Source: Chiloscyllium plagiosum (lineage: Eukaryota). Taken from it: a stretch of 64,000 nt of DNA. The notes beneath the pieces were generated by a model. It worked only from the letters and a program-made list of their open reading frames with translations. It was not told where the DNA came from and ran no database searches. The position numbers and the translations under genes were made by a program. The stretch spans positions 3,189,881-3,253,880 of the forward strand of contig NC_057758.1 of assembly GCF_004010195.1 (NCBI RefSeq), read 5' to 3'. Below, one piece after another: positions 63,575-64,000 of this stretch. Position 1 is the stretch's first letter, and every line of letters starts with the position of its first letter.

Positions 63575-64000
63575 AACAAGTGGTAAGTAAGATTCGTGCC
63601 ATGTAATAATCATATATTTACCATCACCAATAATACATACCCTAACCATTGCCCCTTGGCATTCAACGATATTACAATCACTGAATTCATCACTATCAAC
63701 ATCCTTGGGGTTACCATTTACCAGAAACTCAACGAGGCTCACTGCATAAACACAGTGGCGACAAGAGAAGGTCAGGTACGAGTGATACTGTGGCGAGTAA
63801 CTCACCTCTGGACACCCCAAAGTATGTCCACCATCTACAAAGTAAAAGTCAGGAGTGTGGTGCAACACTTACAACTTGCCTGGATGGGTGTAGCTCCAAC
63901 AACACTTCGGAGTCTTGACACCATCTTGGACAAAGCCACTCACTTGATTGGCAACACATCTGCAAACATTCATTTTTCCACCACCAGCGCTCAGGAGCAG
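63575..64000 (+). mobile_element. CR1/L2-type LINE ORF2 C-terminal fragment of a different family
   Basis: INILGVTIYQKL, STIYKVKVRSV, LAWMG. Confidence 0.7.

Overview
Repeat-dense vertebrate genomic DNA. HE1/V-type SINEs, abundant CR1 LINEs and the receptor family point to a cartilaginous fish, most likely a shark (inference). The only intact host gene I can support is a two-exon class A GPCR of the GPR139-like family: exon 1 18764-18833, exon 2 19323-20239, 328 aa; the ORF-track N-terminus is intronic. It sits in a decaying cluster with a multiply disabled paralogue (49372-47263, minus) and two orphan exon-1 remnants carried by an old inverted segmental duplication (~2110-5140 vs ~25800-34310). 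One duplicate copy received a full-length ~4.1 kb CR1 (zinc finger/SGNH esterase ORF1, EN-RT ORF2) inside exon 1 and a Penelope insertion in its intron. The rest is transposon debris: many CR1 fragments, about ten HE1 SINEs, two Gmr1-type Gypsy elements (integrase before RT/RNase H), a solo LTR, Tx1-like LINE remnants, Penelope-like elements and two degenerate minisatellites. The most unusual signal is a set of short non-coding fold-back Penelope-derived elements with minimal hammerhead-ribozyme cores, a 35-nt unpaired tail and 14-bp target duplications; one apparently captured an inverted copy of neighbouring DNA. All alignments were by eye, so boundaries of decayed repeats are approximate.
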